From assembly GCA_028023455.1 (NCBI GenBank), contig JAQFVV010000007.1, forward strand, positions 10,974,001 to 11,038,000: a stretch of 64,000 bases of DNA, in the 5' to 3' direction. The DNA is from Epiperipatus broadwayi (taxonomy: Eukaryota > Animalia > Onychophora). Positions 11,368-24,619 of the stretch are shown piece by piece. The notes under the pieces were generated by a model. That model was given only the letters and a program-made list of their open reading frames with translations. It ran no database searches and was not told the origin of the DNA. The translations under genes and the position numbers were made by a program. Positions within the stretch are counted from its first letter, which is position 1. Every line of letters starts with the position of its first letter.

Positions 11368-14255
11368 AAAGGCAACAGTCAGTTAATATTTATTTTGCAT
11401 GTTTAATCTATTAAATATGTGTGCTTACATTCAATATTTTAGTGGAGAAAAACACCACACACTAATTTTTAAAATTTTAATAATAAATATTTATAAATCT
11501 AAACTCTGCTGATAATTTAAATAAACATTACCTTTATTATCTATAGTACATCTATATACAGAAATACTTTTTTGTATATTATACAAATTTACTTTATTAA
11601 TTAAAATAATATAACTTTATAAAATTGAATATTATTTTATTTGTAAAATTTACATGTACAATTAAAGGGGCGTGGATTCCTGCCGTTTTCAGCACCCATT
11701 CCACCTGGTCTTGCTTTGCTCGACCACACCTTTTGACAGAGCTTATGAAAAAATATTTATTTCTAATACCTTTTTCCATGCAAAACATATAGGGAGATGT
11801 TGAAATTCTAACAGTATTTTATTAAAGTTAAACATTACAAACATAAAACCAAACTAGTCAATAAATAATTAAAATTATCCCTAAATTCAAAACTCAGCCA
11901 GACTAAGTCTGCTTGTAGCAGTGAAGCCTTTGGTTGTGTTTTAATTTAGTTTTTTCTTGGCTAGTTTGGTTGAATTTGGGATTTGGAGGCAATTTTAATT
12001 ATTTATTAAAGTTATATAAAATTGGAAAAAAAACCCTCCAAACACATATATGTAGGATTTATATAACTTACGATTTAGCATATTACATAAAAATAATGTA
12101 TTATTTGTGTTATTAAAATGTTTTAAACACGATAGTACAAAAAATATATTTTTATTGAGATACTCATTATGTAGATGAGAGTTTAGATTTTAATGATAGG
12201 ATCAAATGGAAAATACATTTAACATGCATATACTACATTTTATTATTTTATTAATTGGGCCAGGGAAAATTAACTGTTAAATAAATAAGTATTAATAGCT
12301 TTTTACTACAGATGCCATGTTTCCGTGTTATTAAATTTTTTATTATGAAATCATGTCTTGTTTCAGTAGAAATTTTATTAGGGAATTGTTGCTTTTTATA
12401 CTAACTATTGTTAATTCTTTTAGAATATCAACTATCTTCTTGATTTTATTCAAGGGTGAGCCATTTCCAAATTCGATTAATATTTTAAAACAATATATTT
12501 TAAAACAATGTTCAACTTCTAGTGTAAATTCATTTAAATATTTGTAGAGGTTTGGTATAGTAAAAAATAATAAACAGCCATTTGCAAATGGATGAGTATG
12601 ATGATTCTAATTTTTTAAAAAGGGAAATAATTAAGAGAGAGGGGGGGAAGCTCTAGAAATGAGCTTTGTGATGATTAGAAAACAATCTTCAACTATAAAT
12701 ACTTCCACATAACGGGCATGCTAGTCTATTTTTCTGTTTACTTGATATTTTATGATGTTGTATTTTAATTTCTTTAATAGAAAACTTTTGGTTTCTGAGA
12801 TACATCAGTACCATGTCTAATTATAGCTATCCCTTGCATTTTATTCTATGCCATCCCATCCCAATAGAAAACAATTGATATTGCATATTTTTAGATGTCT
12901 TTGAGATAATTTGAAATAAATGTAGATGAGATCTATCTCTCTTACAAAAACCAACTTTGAATTCAGTATCAAGCCACCTGTTTAGAAAGTTTTGCAATGT
13001 GTATTCATTTTATATGTACATTCAAACAAATGTGATTTTATATTAGTGGATTCTATATAAACAATCGTTACAATACATTCTAAGGATATTAAAAATTTTA
13101 ATTCACTACACTCACTTCAGACAAATGAATAAAGGCACCAAGAGTAAAATGATTTCCAAAATGCATTTTTCATTGAGCCAGTATAAGTAGAACAAATGAA
13201 ATAAGATCAGTGACTGATGCCCAACATCAGAAATAATAATCACCATTGTCATCAAAACCTATTATACATTAAGGTCTAGGTATTAACTTCATAAAAATCA
13301 TCTTATTTTTGAATTGAGATGATTATGAATGTGGTAAAAAAGTAATTAAGGAATTGTAAGAGATTATATTTTGAAAATTAATTAATTAGAATCAGAAGAT
13401 CCAACTAATGATGCCGAGAAGTAAATAACAGAGACTAAAATTAATGTATACAAAAAATTAATTAATTGGGATGATTTTTTTTTAAGGACAAAAAAACAAC
13501 AACAACAGGAATTATTCAAAAACTGAAAAAAAAACCAATTACCAAAAAAGGGAAAGTAATGCCTATATATATATATGCTAAAATGAAGATTTTCATTGGC
13601 TACAGATATAAATGAAATGTTATCTGGTACATCTGTGTAAAATTAATTGTAGTAAAAAAACATATACCAATGTTTTGAACAGCTCACACTAGCTATCAAC
13701 TGGGTAGTAAATACCATAAAAATAGTTGTAGAGACACTGTGAACACTGATGTTTAATAATAATGAATGCCCTATTAATAGAAAACAGACAAATAATAAAT
13801 ATCAAAAATTATTTAGATTAATGCATTTTAAAAAAATTCTTCCAAATAAAAGGTAATTTGCATGTATCATGTTTGTTGATACACGCTGGTCTTTTATGCA
13901 TGTAGGTATGAGAAATCATCATATCAGGTGCTGGAAGAGATGAACATATTAATGCAGTTAAGCAGCACTTATCACTATAGATGTAGGTTGTAATATGATT
14001 TTTTTAACATGAGAATACTATTCAGATGTGACTTTCTCCAACAATATCAGATTTGAGATATATGCAAATTACTTTCTATTTAAAATAATTTTATTTAAAA
14101 AGTTATTAATCTAAATAATTACTGATATTTATTATTTCTGTTTTTAATTAACAGAATGTTCATTATTATTAAAGATCAATGGTTACAGCATCTCTACAAC
14201 TATTTTGATAATATTTATTATCCAGTTGACAATCAGTATATATTTGGATAACATT

Positions 14256-14257
14256 TC

Positions 14258-14304
<47 letters not shown>

Positions 14305-14307
14305 GAA

Positions 14308-14338
<31 letters not shown>
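14256..14338. repeat. (TA)n microsatellites, the first flanked by a short inverted repeat
   Basis: catttcatt-(ta)n-aatgaaatg followed by a second (TA)n tract. Confidence 0.9.
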
Positions 14339-14344
14339 ACCACT

Positions 14345-14430
14345 AGAAAACAATCAACACTTAGACAATCCCAATATAGATAACAGTCAACAATCTCAAA
14401 CTGTTATCAAGGTAACTTCCTTTTAACAAT
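14345..14430 (+). repeat. Family D module copy
   Basis: caacacttagacaatcccaat...caacaatctcaaactgttatcaaggtaac; other copies at 6340-6405, 14683, 15033, 15375-15462 (-), 18248-18330 (-) and 41195-41335. Confidence 0.8.
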
Positions 14431-14677
14431 AAAAGTGTATATATATATATATACATACATTCACTATTATGCCAACTTAAGTGAATTAATTTTATATGTG
14501 TTAATAATCAGATACTAAGAAAAAACTAGAATTGTATGGCATAACTCCACATGTCTATTTCTTTACAAGAACCTATAAAATGTTGAAGCAGTAGTGTAGA
14601 AGGATATAAGGACAGTTCTTATTATTAGTTAATAAGCTTCCAGATATGTGTGTATATATTAAATGGGTTTATAAGCA

Positions 14678-15462
14678 ATCATTAAAATCAGTCATCACTT
14701 AGCCAATCCCAATATCACTAACAATCAACAATCTTAACCTGTTGTCAAGACAACCTCTTTGTAAAAATAAAGGTAAAATATCTATATTTTTGAGTCAATA
14801 AATTATACTAAGCTAAAGATTGCAATTTAACCACAGAGATTGAAATATTAATACAAAGAAGTTTAAATAAACCTCTTTAAACAGATACATATAACCTGTT
14901 CTGAATGTAGACTAATAAGTAGTTAGTTGTCACATTACAAACTGCAATTATAATTTTAAAATTGCACCCAAACTATTACTTAAATAATAAGTGTACTAAT
15001 TATCAGGACTAAATGGGTTTATAAATAGTCATTGAAATCAGTCAACATTTAGACATTCCCACTGTCACTAGCAATCAACAATCTCAACCTGTTGTCAGGG
15101 CAACCATCTTTTAACAAACCATTTAGTCTTGAGCATTATTATACTTATCATTTAAGTAACAATGTGGGTGCAATTTGAAAATTATATTTGCAGTTTGTAA
15201 TGTTATAATTGACTATTTATTAATCTGCATTAAAACAGGTTATATTTATCGGTTTAAGGATATTTATTTAAACGTATTTATATTAATAATTTTAATTTCT
15301 GTGGCCAAGTTGCAATCTTTTATCTCTGTATAAAGGTATTGGAATATAAATAAAGGTGGTAATCCACTTTCATTGTGAAAAGGAGATTCTCTTAACAACA
15401 GGTTGAGATTGTTGATTGATAATGATATTGGGATTGTCTAAGTATTGACTGATTTTAATGAT
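14678..15462. mobile_element. Family D fold-back: about 350-bp arms around a third D head
   Basis: 14678-15030 is the reverse complement of 15113-15462; 15033-15113 is a tandem restart of the monomer. Confidence 0.8.
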
Positions 15463-15601
15463 ATATATATATATATTAATTACTATATTATATATTAATT
15501 ACTTGTGTGGATTTATACTTATGCATTAATTATACCAATATAATCAAACTAATGTAAATATTTGAAAACCAATCACTCTTCACAAACCTGGAGCTTAATT
15601 G

Positions 15602-15965
15602 TAAATATAGGGGATTTGAACTCAGACTTTCAAGCACCCTTCAACTATCCACATTATCTCATACACCTGATACACATGACCACACACATGTAGAAAAGAT
15701 AAAAGTATTTCGTGCTAAACCAGCACTCATCAGTTGGTCCAGATTATCATCTCCCACACACTGATTATATATATGTGTGTGTGTGTGTGGTATGTGTGTG
15801 TGATAATATGAATCAACTGATGAGTGCTGGTTTAACACGAAAGACGTATATTGGTGATTATCTTTTCTACATGTGTGTGGTCATGTGTATCAGGTGTATG
15901 AGATAGTGTGGATAGTTGGTTGAAGGGCCCTTGAAAGTCTGAGTTTGTCAAATCCCCTATATTTA
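15602..15965. mobile_element. Family C head-to-head fold-back with a hammerhead on each strand
   Basis: About 150-165-bp arms around a (TA)/(TG) spacer; minus-strand CTGATGA at 15727-15733 (cleavage site deleted); plus-strand CTGATGA at 15817-15823. Confidence 0.9.
15812..15855 (+). ncRNA. Near-intact type I hammerhead ribozyme (family C)
   Basis: atcaa CTGATGA GTG-ctggtttaa-CAC GAAA gacgta TA ttggt; helix I atcaa/ttggt; one mismatch in helix III against the consensus ATACGTAT. Confidence 0.75.
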
Positions 15966-17764
15966 AACTAATGTAACCAAATTTAGTTACTGTCAGGTTT
16001 TTATTAATTAAGATGTGTTTAACTTTAAGGATTTTAATCCCGGCTGATAATTGATTCATTGAATTTAGGATATAACAATTACAATTTAAAATGGATAAGA
16101 TTAAGAAATCAACTTGAAAGAAAGTTTTAGCTTTTTAATTTACTTTTCTAGCAGTGAACTACACATTCTAGGCAGGACATTAATTTCACTTTTATTATAT
16201 GAAGAAAAAAATTTTCACATCTTCATTAGCCTTTTTTTCACCTTTTCCTCATTATTGACAACATTTGTAAAATTTCTACATTCTACTATGCAAAAACAAT
16301 GCCAAAGAAAAAGAAGGTATTTTTGGATATAATATTTGAATATATTATATTAAAAATATTTATTTTGTTTCTTGTTTAGAAAATAAACATTTATTTGTGA
16401 ATTTTAAATTCTCAAATAAACCGCACTTTAATATTCTTCAATATTAATTTTTTTTTAATTCTCATATTAATATTGAAGAAGATTAAAAGAGCGGTTAATG
16501 TGAATCAGATAGCAAGATAACTTATTCATAGTATTAAAAGAAACTGATGCATAACCAGGTTTTTCTTTGTATTCAATCAATTAATCCCAAGCACCTGTTA
16601 TTTTACTTGGGGCGAAGATATTCCAACCGATGAAGTTTCAGTCTGCAATAGGTTTTAAAACATTTCTATTTCTATATAGCAATTTTTATAAAACAAATTT
16701 GCTCCATAATGGAACCGCAGATGATTTTTATCGCAGTAATATAATAATATTGCTGATGGAATTTATTCATTCGTAAGAATTTTTGTTTTTTAATTTATAT
16801 AGATTGCATTTATATTGTGTTTATTCACATATAAATATTAATTGATTGATAGCTCTATAATTTTGAAGTTCTTTGAATTTACTTATTTGCATTGGCAACA
16901 GATTTTTCTGTGTTTATATATATATATATCAATTTTTTAAGTAGAAAAAGAAATATATCTATTAAATAAAGCAACGCAGTTATGTTTAGTATGGTAACGA
17001 TAAACAACTTTTTAAATTATCCCATATTTTCCAGCTTTCTCTCATAAAAAAACAGTGAAGGAGGAAGCAGTCATCATCATATTTTCCAATTTCTATGTGT
17101 AAAACATTAATGCTTTATCTTCTAGCTAAAAATGATTAGATACCCATTTACTGATCAATATGGGATTCGGTTACAGCTTGGTTATCGTAAAAAAATTCTT
17201 TGACTCTAAAAATTATCAAGATTTATTCTAACTTTGAATCCAAGTTGTAAATATGATCATTGGGCATATTTACTACCGAGCCAATAAATTATTCTGCCAT
17301 ATATAATGGTCTTAAATAGACATTTACATAGATTATGCTTTTCAGTACTTTACTATGAAATCTTAAAAAAGAAAACACTGGATGAATAGAAATTTTACAC
17401 TGAATATTTTTATATACTTTTGAATCTTTAAGCTAAAAATATTTAGATCTCATTTACTGCCCAAAATTTTTAACTTGTAAGCTAAGATTTAAATCTGGCA
17501 GGAGCTGTGACATTTTTTTTTTCATCACTGAGAATTCTCCAAACATATTAGTTATTATGAAACTGCTCCATAAATGATTTTCTAGATTTTAACAATGGCT
17601 TATAAATCGATGTATAGGTCTTATGTTATATTGAAAAGGTGACCTGATTCTTTTTCCAAGCTGTATAATGTTATAGTTTAGCAAATCTCACCAAAATATA
17701 TAAAGCAACATGTCTAGATTATGAGTTTAGTAAAATGTAAAAAAAAAAAAAAAGGTTTTAACCC

Positions 17765-18100
17765 AGAATAACAGACTAACATTAAAATTTGTTTTAATTT
17801 GAGCAAAACCATTAAAACATTTGAAATGCTTTAAACTGTATATGACTGTAAAGCCACAAATTGCAAAAATGTTTTAATGTGGTTTGCAAGATTTTATGTT
17901 GGCAAGAAGAACCCTGAAAATAATATAAGAATGTACAAAACACTTTTGTTATATTTCATTTCATAAAGTGAGATTCAGTCAAATTAGAACATTTTTGAAG
18001 AATAGCTAAACTAAGTCATTTCATAATACTTGCATTGATTTAGAGATGACACTGTAGACAGCATGGAGAAAGAACATGGCACACCTTGTATACATAACAT
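17765..18100 (+). pseudogene. Mariner transposase N-terminal remnant
   Basis: FEML*TVYDCKATNCKNVLMWFARFYVGKKNPEN resembles the mariner HTH region (FEML..YG.......F.WF.RF..G...ED). Confidence 0.6.
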
Positions 18101-18247
18101 TTATGTATAATAAAATGATTCCCAAGATAATATCCATTGGTTATAATATTTATTATAATATAATACAGTTTTTGTCATTTAAGTGAAAGTGTCTTTTATC
18201 TAGCTAGAATATTAAAATTCTAAGTCTATTTGGAAATGTATATATAT

Positions 18248-18330
18248 AAAAGGAGGTTGCCTCGACAACAGATTGAGATTGTTGATTGTTATTGATATTG
18301 GGATTGTCTAAGTGTTGACTGATTTTAATT
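18248..18330 (-). repeat. Family D module copy
   Basis: Reverse complement reads aaaatcagtcaacacttagacaatcccaatatcaataacaatcaacaatctcaatctgttgtcgaggcaacctcc. Confidence 0.85.
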
Positions 18331-19089
18331 ATATATATAATAAAACAAAAGACTGGATTTAACTTACACACCCATAAATATGTATATATATTGTAGCCTT
18401 TGGATTTGTCCAAAGCTCCATTAAATTTTGAACTTAGTTATGTATGTCAGTGTTTATAAAATTTTCCTCATGAGCTATATATATATATTAACAGACAAGC
18501 TTTCTAGCCAATGCTAAGTTTGAATTAAAGTCATATTCTTATGGATTGCTTAATTTTACTTAGTACGCAAACTAAACATTTAATTATAAAAGTTTATAAG
18601 TAAAAATTATTTTATTTAGTATCAATTCATAAGATAATTTAAAAGCTAAGGACATAATTGAGAAGTTATAGGTTAGCAATGTTTATAAATTATTTTAATA
18701 GTTTGGAGGAGATTGAAAAAGAAAGGAGGGGGATGTAAAACTGCGAAACTACTTTGGAGGAATAAAAATAGACAATTGTAATTTTACAATAATAAGTTAA
18801 AATACAATAATTAATAAAATCAAATTGTCATAGATAAAAAATCAAGAATTAATCTAAGTATTGAGCAATCGGTTTAACAAGAATTGTATGTGTGTGCCAA
18901 TGCATGTATGTGTAGATTTAATTATGAGTTTTAATTATAGGGTTAATTATTGACTAGTAATTATCATGTGTTATCTCGTTGGAAAGCTCTTTTTAAAAAG
19001 AATTAATTTGTTTCAATAATTCATTCATAGTGGCTAATTTACATTCAAGATTGTGGGTTTGAAGTTAGGTTGCTATGCATTTTTTTTAT

Positions 19090-20060
19090 TAAAAAAAGTT
19101 TTATCTTTCATTTTATTCTTTCAGGGGAATTTCCATGAGCGGGAAAATACTAAGGAAAACCACGTGATATTTGTGAAGTGGAAATGTATAATTTTAGAAA
19201 AAACAATAGGTAATCAAACAATTAAAATATACACATAAATGGTTTGGCAGGTCAATCATTTAGGAGGGGAAGGAAAGGATCCAGAGGGTATAAAGGGTTA
19301 ATCCATCCTTTAGAGTGGTTATTTATTCATCATCGGTTATCTAGAGAAACTTTGTTGGGTTCAATAAGCAATTTTTCAATACAAAAATTGTAAGTTTGAT
19401 ATTAATTTTCCGTTCTGTTTCCTGAATGAGAAACTTCATCAAATTTTATAATATTGTTACAAAATGAGTTGTGAGTAAATTTCTATATTAGGCACATCCT
19501 TTCTTCTCCAGAAATTGACCAACTTCATGATTTTTCTTTCACCCAAATGTACCCAATTTATCAGTGATCAAAGCTTAAACTGCAGAAGGAATTTTGCTCA
19601 GGAAAGATCGATGAAACATTGTGTTCTATGAATAATTATTGCAAATTTAATTTTATTAAATTTAAAAGAGTTAGCTATTTGTATTATCCAAAATTTTGAG
19701 AGAAAATAATTCTGATTTCTTAAAATAAGCTGGAACTGGACGCTAAAATCCCATATGAAGTATAAAATCATCGTAAATGGAATGAGAAATACATTGGTAT
19801 ATGGACTTTCTACAGTAAAACTAAATTAATTCATTATACATGTCAAAACTTAAAAGGTGGTTATCTTCAACTATGAAAATGCAATTAATGCCAAGAACCC
19901 AAATGGATTAAGGATTATAACTAAAAATGAAAATTTATTACATTCCATTATAAGGATTGAACATATATAAAAGTGGCTCCTTCAATAAAGACATCAAAAA
20001 AATAATTTGCAACTAAAAGGGACATAGATTTTGTCCTAAAACTTGAAACAGAAATGATAA
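19090..20060 (+). pseudogene. Decayed hAT (Buster/Charlie, ZBED5-like) transposase fragments
   Basis: Disrupted segments resemble the catalytic-region pattern RVK.VNPS.EW.H...HRE.L (19270-19350) and the N-terminal RK.NE.YI.YG pattern (about 19770-19810). Confidence 0.45.
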
Positions 20061-20759
20061 GTCTCAAGGAATACTTTAATGAAAAAGACAAGAATTTCTC
20101 AAGGAATTATCTAATGTGATATGTGTGCACACAAAACAAAATCAAATAAGATAACACAAACCAAAATTTAAAGTACGAATCTGCAGTAAATTTGGGGACA
20201 TTGAAAGGATGATCCAGGAGGATTGTATGAATATAATTTTATTAAGTGTTATTAGTTTCTAATATTTAATCTAAAAAAAAATCATATATATCAGTTTAAA
20301 GTTAATCTATGTTAACATTTTTTATTTTATTTGAGTAGATACATTAATATCGAATAATTTTGTATGTGCCTTATTCCCAATTGTAATTTGTTGCTTTACA
20401 TTTTTTTTTATGAAGGGAGTGTGAGATATTGTTAAATAAAATGTTTTTTTAATCGGATCGGGTATTATTATCAAATACTTGGACTTAGTGATATGTTTTA
20501 TAAACATTGTGTGAATGTTGTGATAAAAGATCATCATTATGTGATAAAAGTATAGAAAGATGGTTTTAAAAGTTAATACGCATTTCTTCTTCTTATTATT
20601 GTAAAGTTAAAGTGAATTAGATATAAGATAATTAAGGCTTGAAAAAATTGTTAGCTAATTTTTTAGTATACTATTTCATGAGAGGAGTGTATATGTGAAA
20701 TTTTTACTTGTACAAATTGATGTTAGACCCTTGTACACATGGATGGACAAAGAATCCCT

Positions 20760-21808
20760 GGTAAAGGTTTACTTTAGTGTCCACATCATCCATATCATGT
20801 TCGATCTCTAGTTTTTAAAATTGGTACTATATTATTAATTGAAAATCTTACATATATGCTACTATATCACAATTACATTAAAATTTATTAAAACCTAAAA
20901 GATAAAAAAAACATTTACCTTTTTAAATAAGTTGAATTAATTATACTACATTAATTAAAATAATTAATTTAAATTATTTGAAACTTAAGAATTTAAAATA
21001 TTTACATTTATAGCATTTGTTACAAAAAAAGACACCCACTGAGTTTAAAAGTTCGAATTACATACACACTTGTACAGTTTTATAGTTGCAAAAAATCACA
21101 GGTAGATCTATTTCATGTTTAGTTCCAGATGATCAAATTTTGAATGTTGCTGCTATTCTGGCAGAAGACTGGGATATATATCAGTTGCGGAATGCCTTTC
21201 AAACTCTGGAATTGGCCATCAAATGGCTTGCAAGAAGACACCCTCTGAAGAATTACACCATATGCCAACAGTGTGGTGTACATTGTTCACTGGTGATGTA
21301 TTCTGCAGGCTTTGATAGGTGTAAATGGAAATGCAGAATATGTTGCCATCACAGCTCAATTAGAAAGAGGTCTTTCTTTTCCCAAAGTCATCTGCCTCTG
21401 GAAAGAATTATAAATAGGGTATTTTGGGTGCATAATTTGCCCCAAGAATTCATTGTGTATGAGACCAGCATTAGCAAAAAATAGTAATTGACTGGCCTAA
21501 TTTTTGCTGTGAAAAATGTGCTATATATTTTGAAAAAAAAAAAAATCTGGTAGCAGAGCTTTGTTTTCATTGTATCTACAATAATTTGTCTTCCGGAATA
21601 GACACAGCATTACCACTTTTTTCTCCAACTTCCTAGTATGCATAGGACACAATTATGCTTAAAAAGATAAATATTTTTTTTTATTCTTTTACATTTTGAT
21701 GTAATTGTAATGTAGGAGCATATACATAAGATTTTCAAATAATAATTTAGTTCTAATTTTAAAAATTAGAGGGCAAACATGATGTGGTCACTGAAGTAAA
21801 CCTTTACC
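20760..21808 (+). mobile_element. Merlin (IS1595/ISXO2-like) DNA transposon, internally deleted
   Basis: About 145-bp TIRs starting GGTAAAGGTTTACTT; degenerate 8-bp TSD gaatccct/aaatcccc; ORF 21086-21484 WLARRHPLKNYTICQQCG...WKCRICCHHSSIRKRSFFSQSHLPL. Confidence 0.9.
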
Positions 21809-22279
21809 AAATCCCCACCAATCTAGTGTAGCCATAGTTTAGCTTGCTCACTAAGATGTTGATTTCATTTTATAAAGTATTGAAATGCAGTGAAGGAATT
21901 TCCCACTTGGTTATTTTCTACACCATAAGATGATTTCTTTATTGATGGCCAGAGGATGTTAGGTATACCCATGTCTTTCTGTATGACTAGGGATAAATCC
22001 TAACATACCTTAACCTTAGTGAAAAGGTATTTTCTCTTATTTGGGTCACTGCCTACCCTCATATTAATGTTGACATTTCTTATGGGTGTATGAATTTCAG
22101 ATACAGTAAAGTATTAGTTTTAAATGTGGGTTTCAGGGTCGTAAAATTGATTTGATGTCAGGATGAGTGCGAATAGTATATGCATGATTATTATACTGAA
22201 ACATTGCTTTAGTTAAATGTTATTTTAATGAATTAATAAGAGACAAGAATAATAACGAAGTCAACATTAAACTTAAGAG

Positions 22280-23400
22280 TTAAATAAAACCTGAAAATAT
22301 AGTAAGCGGTGCGTATATAGAATTATCTAGAAAGTATATTCACAGCCAGCTGAGAACTACGCTGGAATGGTAAGATCACAGAAGTATTATTATCGTAAGA
22401 ACATTGATATAGATTGTATGCATGTAAGATAATGATAAGGCTAAGTACCGATTTCTTAACACTTCAAAGGTAACTTGATTGCGAGAAGGCAAGCAATACT
22501 TAAAATATCTCCATTTTAAAGCATAAGGGGAAGACATATTAGGTTAAGATAATTAATGGAAAATTATTATATTTTATTATCAGAAGAATTATCTTTAGGA
22601 TTAATAGGGGTAATTAAAAATAGATCAGTAATTGAAAGCGATAAAAATTGGGAAGAAATTTAATATTCACTATATCTTAATTTTAAAAAAGGGAAAAAAA
22701 TGAAGATAAATATTGTTCTATATCGGTTTTATTATTAGTACTCTATGACAATTGTAATCCTTTAGTGAGTAAAAATTAAATAAGAATGTATTCTATAACA
22801 TTGCAAAATTAGCAGTTTATTTAGGGATTTTTTTATTTTTTATCATACAGTTGAAGAACTGGGGAAAGCCATGGGAATTATATAATTAATGTAAATATTA
22901 TTGCATTGATTTATATTTGATAATAACATTGTTGTTTTTAGAATAAGATTTTGTGTAAGTCTCAGTGTTTTTTGGTTTACTACAATCTAGAAATTTCAAA
23001 TCCAATCATGCGTCAATACACTGTTATTTATATTTGGAGCATTATTTTATTAAATCACACCAGGTAAAATTTATTTAAATGGTTAATTTTCTAAGCTTAT
23101 GTAGCCCTGCAAGATTTAAATTATCAAAATTTTGGAAATCATTTAGTATATTTAAAGTATAGATTATGAATTGTGGGATGGTTATTGGGTGATAGTGGAC
23201 GCAGTGGGTGGATATAAAATCCTTTCCCCATCCACTGTATTCAAATACTTTCCTAGATAAACTTCTTGAGGATTTTTCTTTAGTTATTAAAGTGTTTATA
23301 ATATGTTATTTCCACAATTTAATGTAAGCTTAATTATTAGAGCTTTAGTGTAAGTGGACATTGACCATGTTAAAGTCAGCCAAGGTCAACTATGGAGATA
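22280..23400 (+). pseudogene. Highly decayed Ty3/Gypsy-like pol remnant (RNase H to integrase)
   Basis: Scattered motif-like fragments QPAENY, IARRQAIL, KPWE and FPQFN in the expected pol order; many stops. Confidence 0.35.
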
Positions 23401-24153
23401 ATCATGGGAAAGAGTGTTTATCACCAATAATCCATAGCAGCTTGTTTGACTTCCAGAACTTATTGTTCTAAAACCCTTAGAAGAAATTATCATAGGAGAT
23501 AAATGAGCTAGTATGATGAAAAATTGAGAGTAAAAGAGATAGTAGTACAAGGGACTTATGAATGTGAGAATTATGGAGGGATGGATCAGGAAGGTGGAGA
23601 TGGGCATGAAACTATTTATAATCTGAAACAAAATTTTAATTGTGACTTTAATGGTAATGGATGAGGAGTGTGCTGAGAGTATAAATTGTAATGGGAGTGG
23701 AGCTTAAACTTTCTTCTCTTTAATAAATACGAATTTCCAAGAGTATTAGTATTTTTTTTTTACTGTGCTCTCAGTGTTTTCTTCATTTATTGATTATTTA
23801 TTAACCCCTTCATTAGATATTGTTATTAAAAATTATTGAATAAATTATTGAAATAAGGTTTAGCCTAAATGTTTTCATTAAAGCTGCAATTTGGCACCCT
23901 AGCAAATATTCTCGTTAATATTCTATCCCATTGCCATCGATCCTGAGGGAGGCTGCATGAGAGGTGGTGTTGGCGGTGGTGTAAACAATGTTGTATTTTT
24001 AAAGATTAGGAGTGGTGCTTGAGAGATGAGTTGTTGGTGATGGTAATTGTCATAGATTTTACTAAAATAAAGGCTACGATATATATCCACCCTTAATCAA
24101 TGAGTATAATCATTCCAATACCAAGAGTTTTACAATGACTATATAAGTTGATC

Positions 24154-24227
24154 TGTGAGTCCTAAATACATCCATATATATATATGATGATGTGAGTCCT
24201 AAATACATCCATATATATATATGATGA
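24154..24227. repeat. Perfect 37-bp tandem duplication
   Basis: tgtgagtcctaaatacatccatatatatatatgatga x2. Confidence 0.9.
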
Positions 24228-24619
24228 TCCATTTTTTAGTTTGTTTGATATTTTGTGAAACTGTATTTTAATTTTTTTCATCAGAAAACTTTTTTTTCCC
24301 GAAATACTTCCAATACCATGTTTACTTGTAGTTCTCCAGTGTATTCTATTTTTAATTATATTTTCCCAATTGCACTTTTTTAAGAATATCTCTAATATAA
24401 TGTTTATAATATAGGCAGGGTCTATTTTTCCCACAAAAATGATGCTTATATTTACAATAAACATTCTTTAGAAAGTCTTGCATTATTTACTCATTTTATA
24501 TACCCATTCCAATGAAAGTGTAATTTTAAAATAATAAACTCTATAGCATATAGCATGCATCAAGTTGAAAAACATATTAATTATGGTCTTGTTCAGAAAT
24601 TAATTAATTAAATCACTCA

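Noticed and set aside
2355-13258. Alternative genetic code (TGA=Trp or TAA/TAG=Gln) hiding genes, suggested by frames at 2355-2570 and 13116-13258
   Set aside because: Reassigning one stop does not open long frames consistently, and the TE remnants show ordinary random stops and frameshifts
20322-20537. Possible Penelope RT-to-endonuclease linker fragment
   Set aside because: Resemblance too vague to support without a profile search
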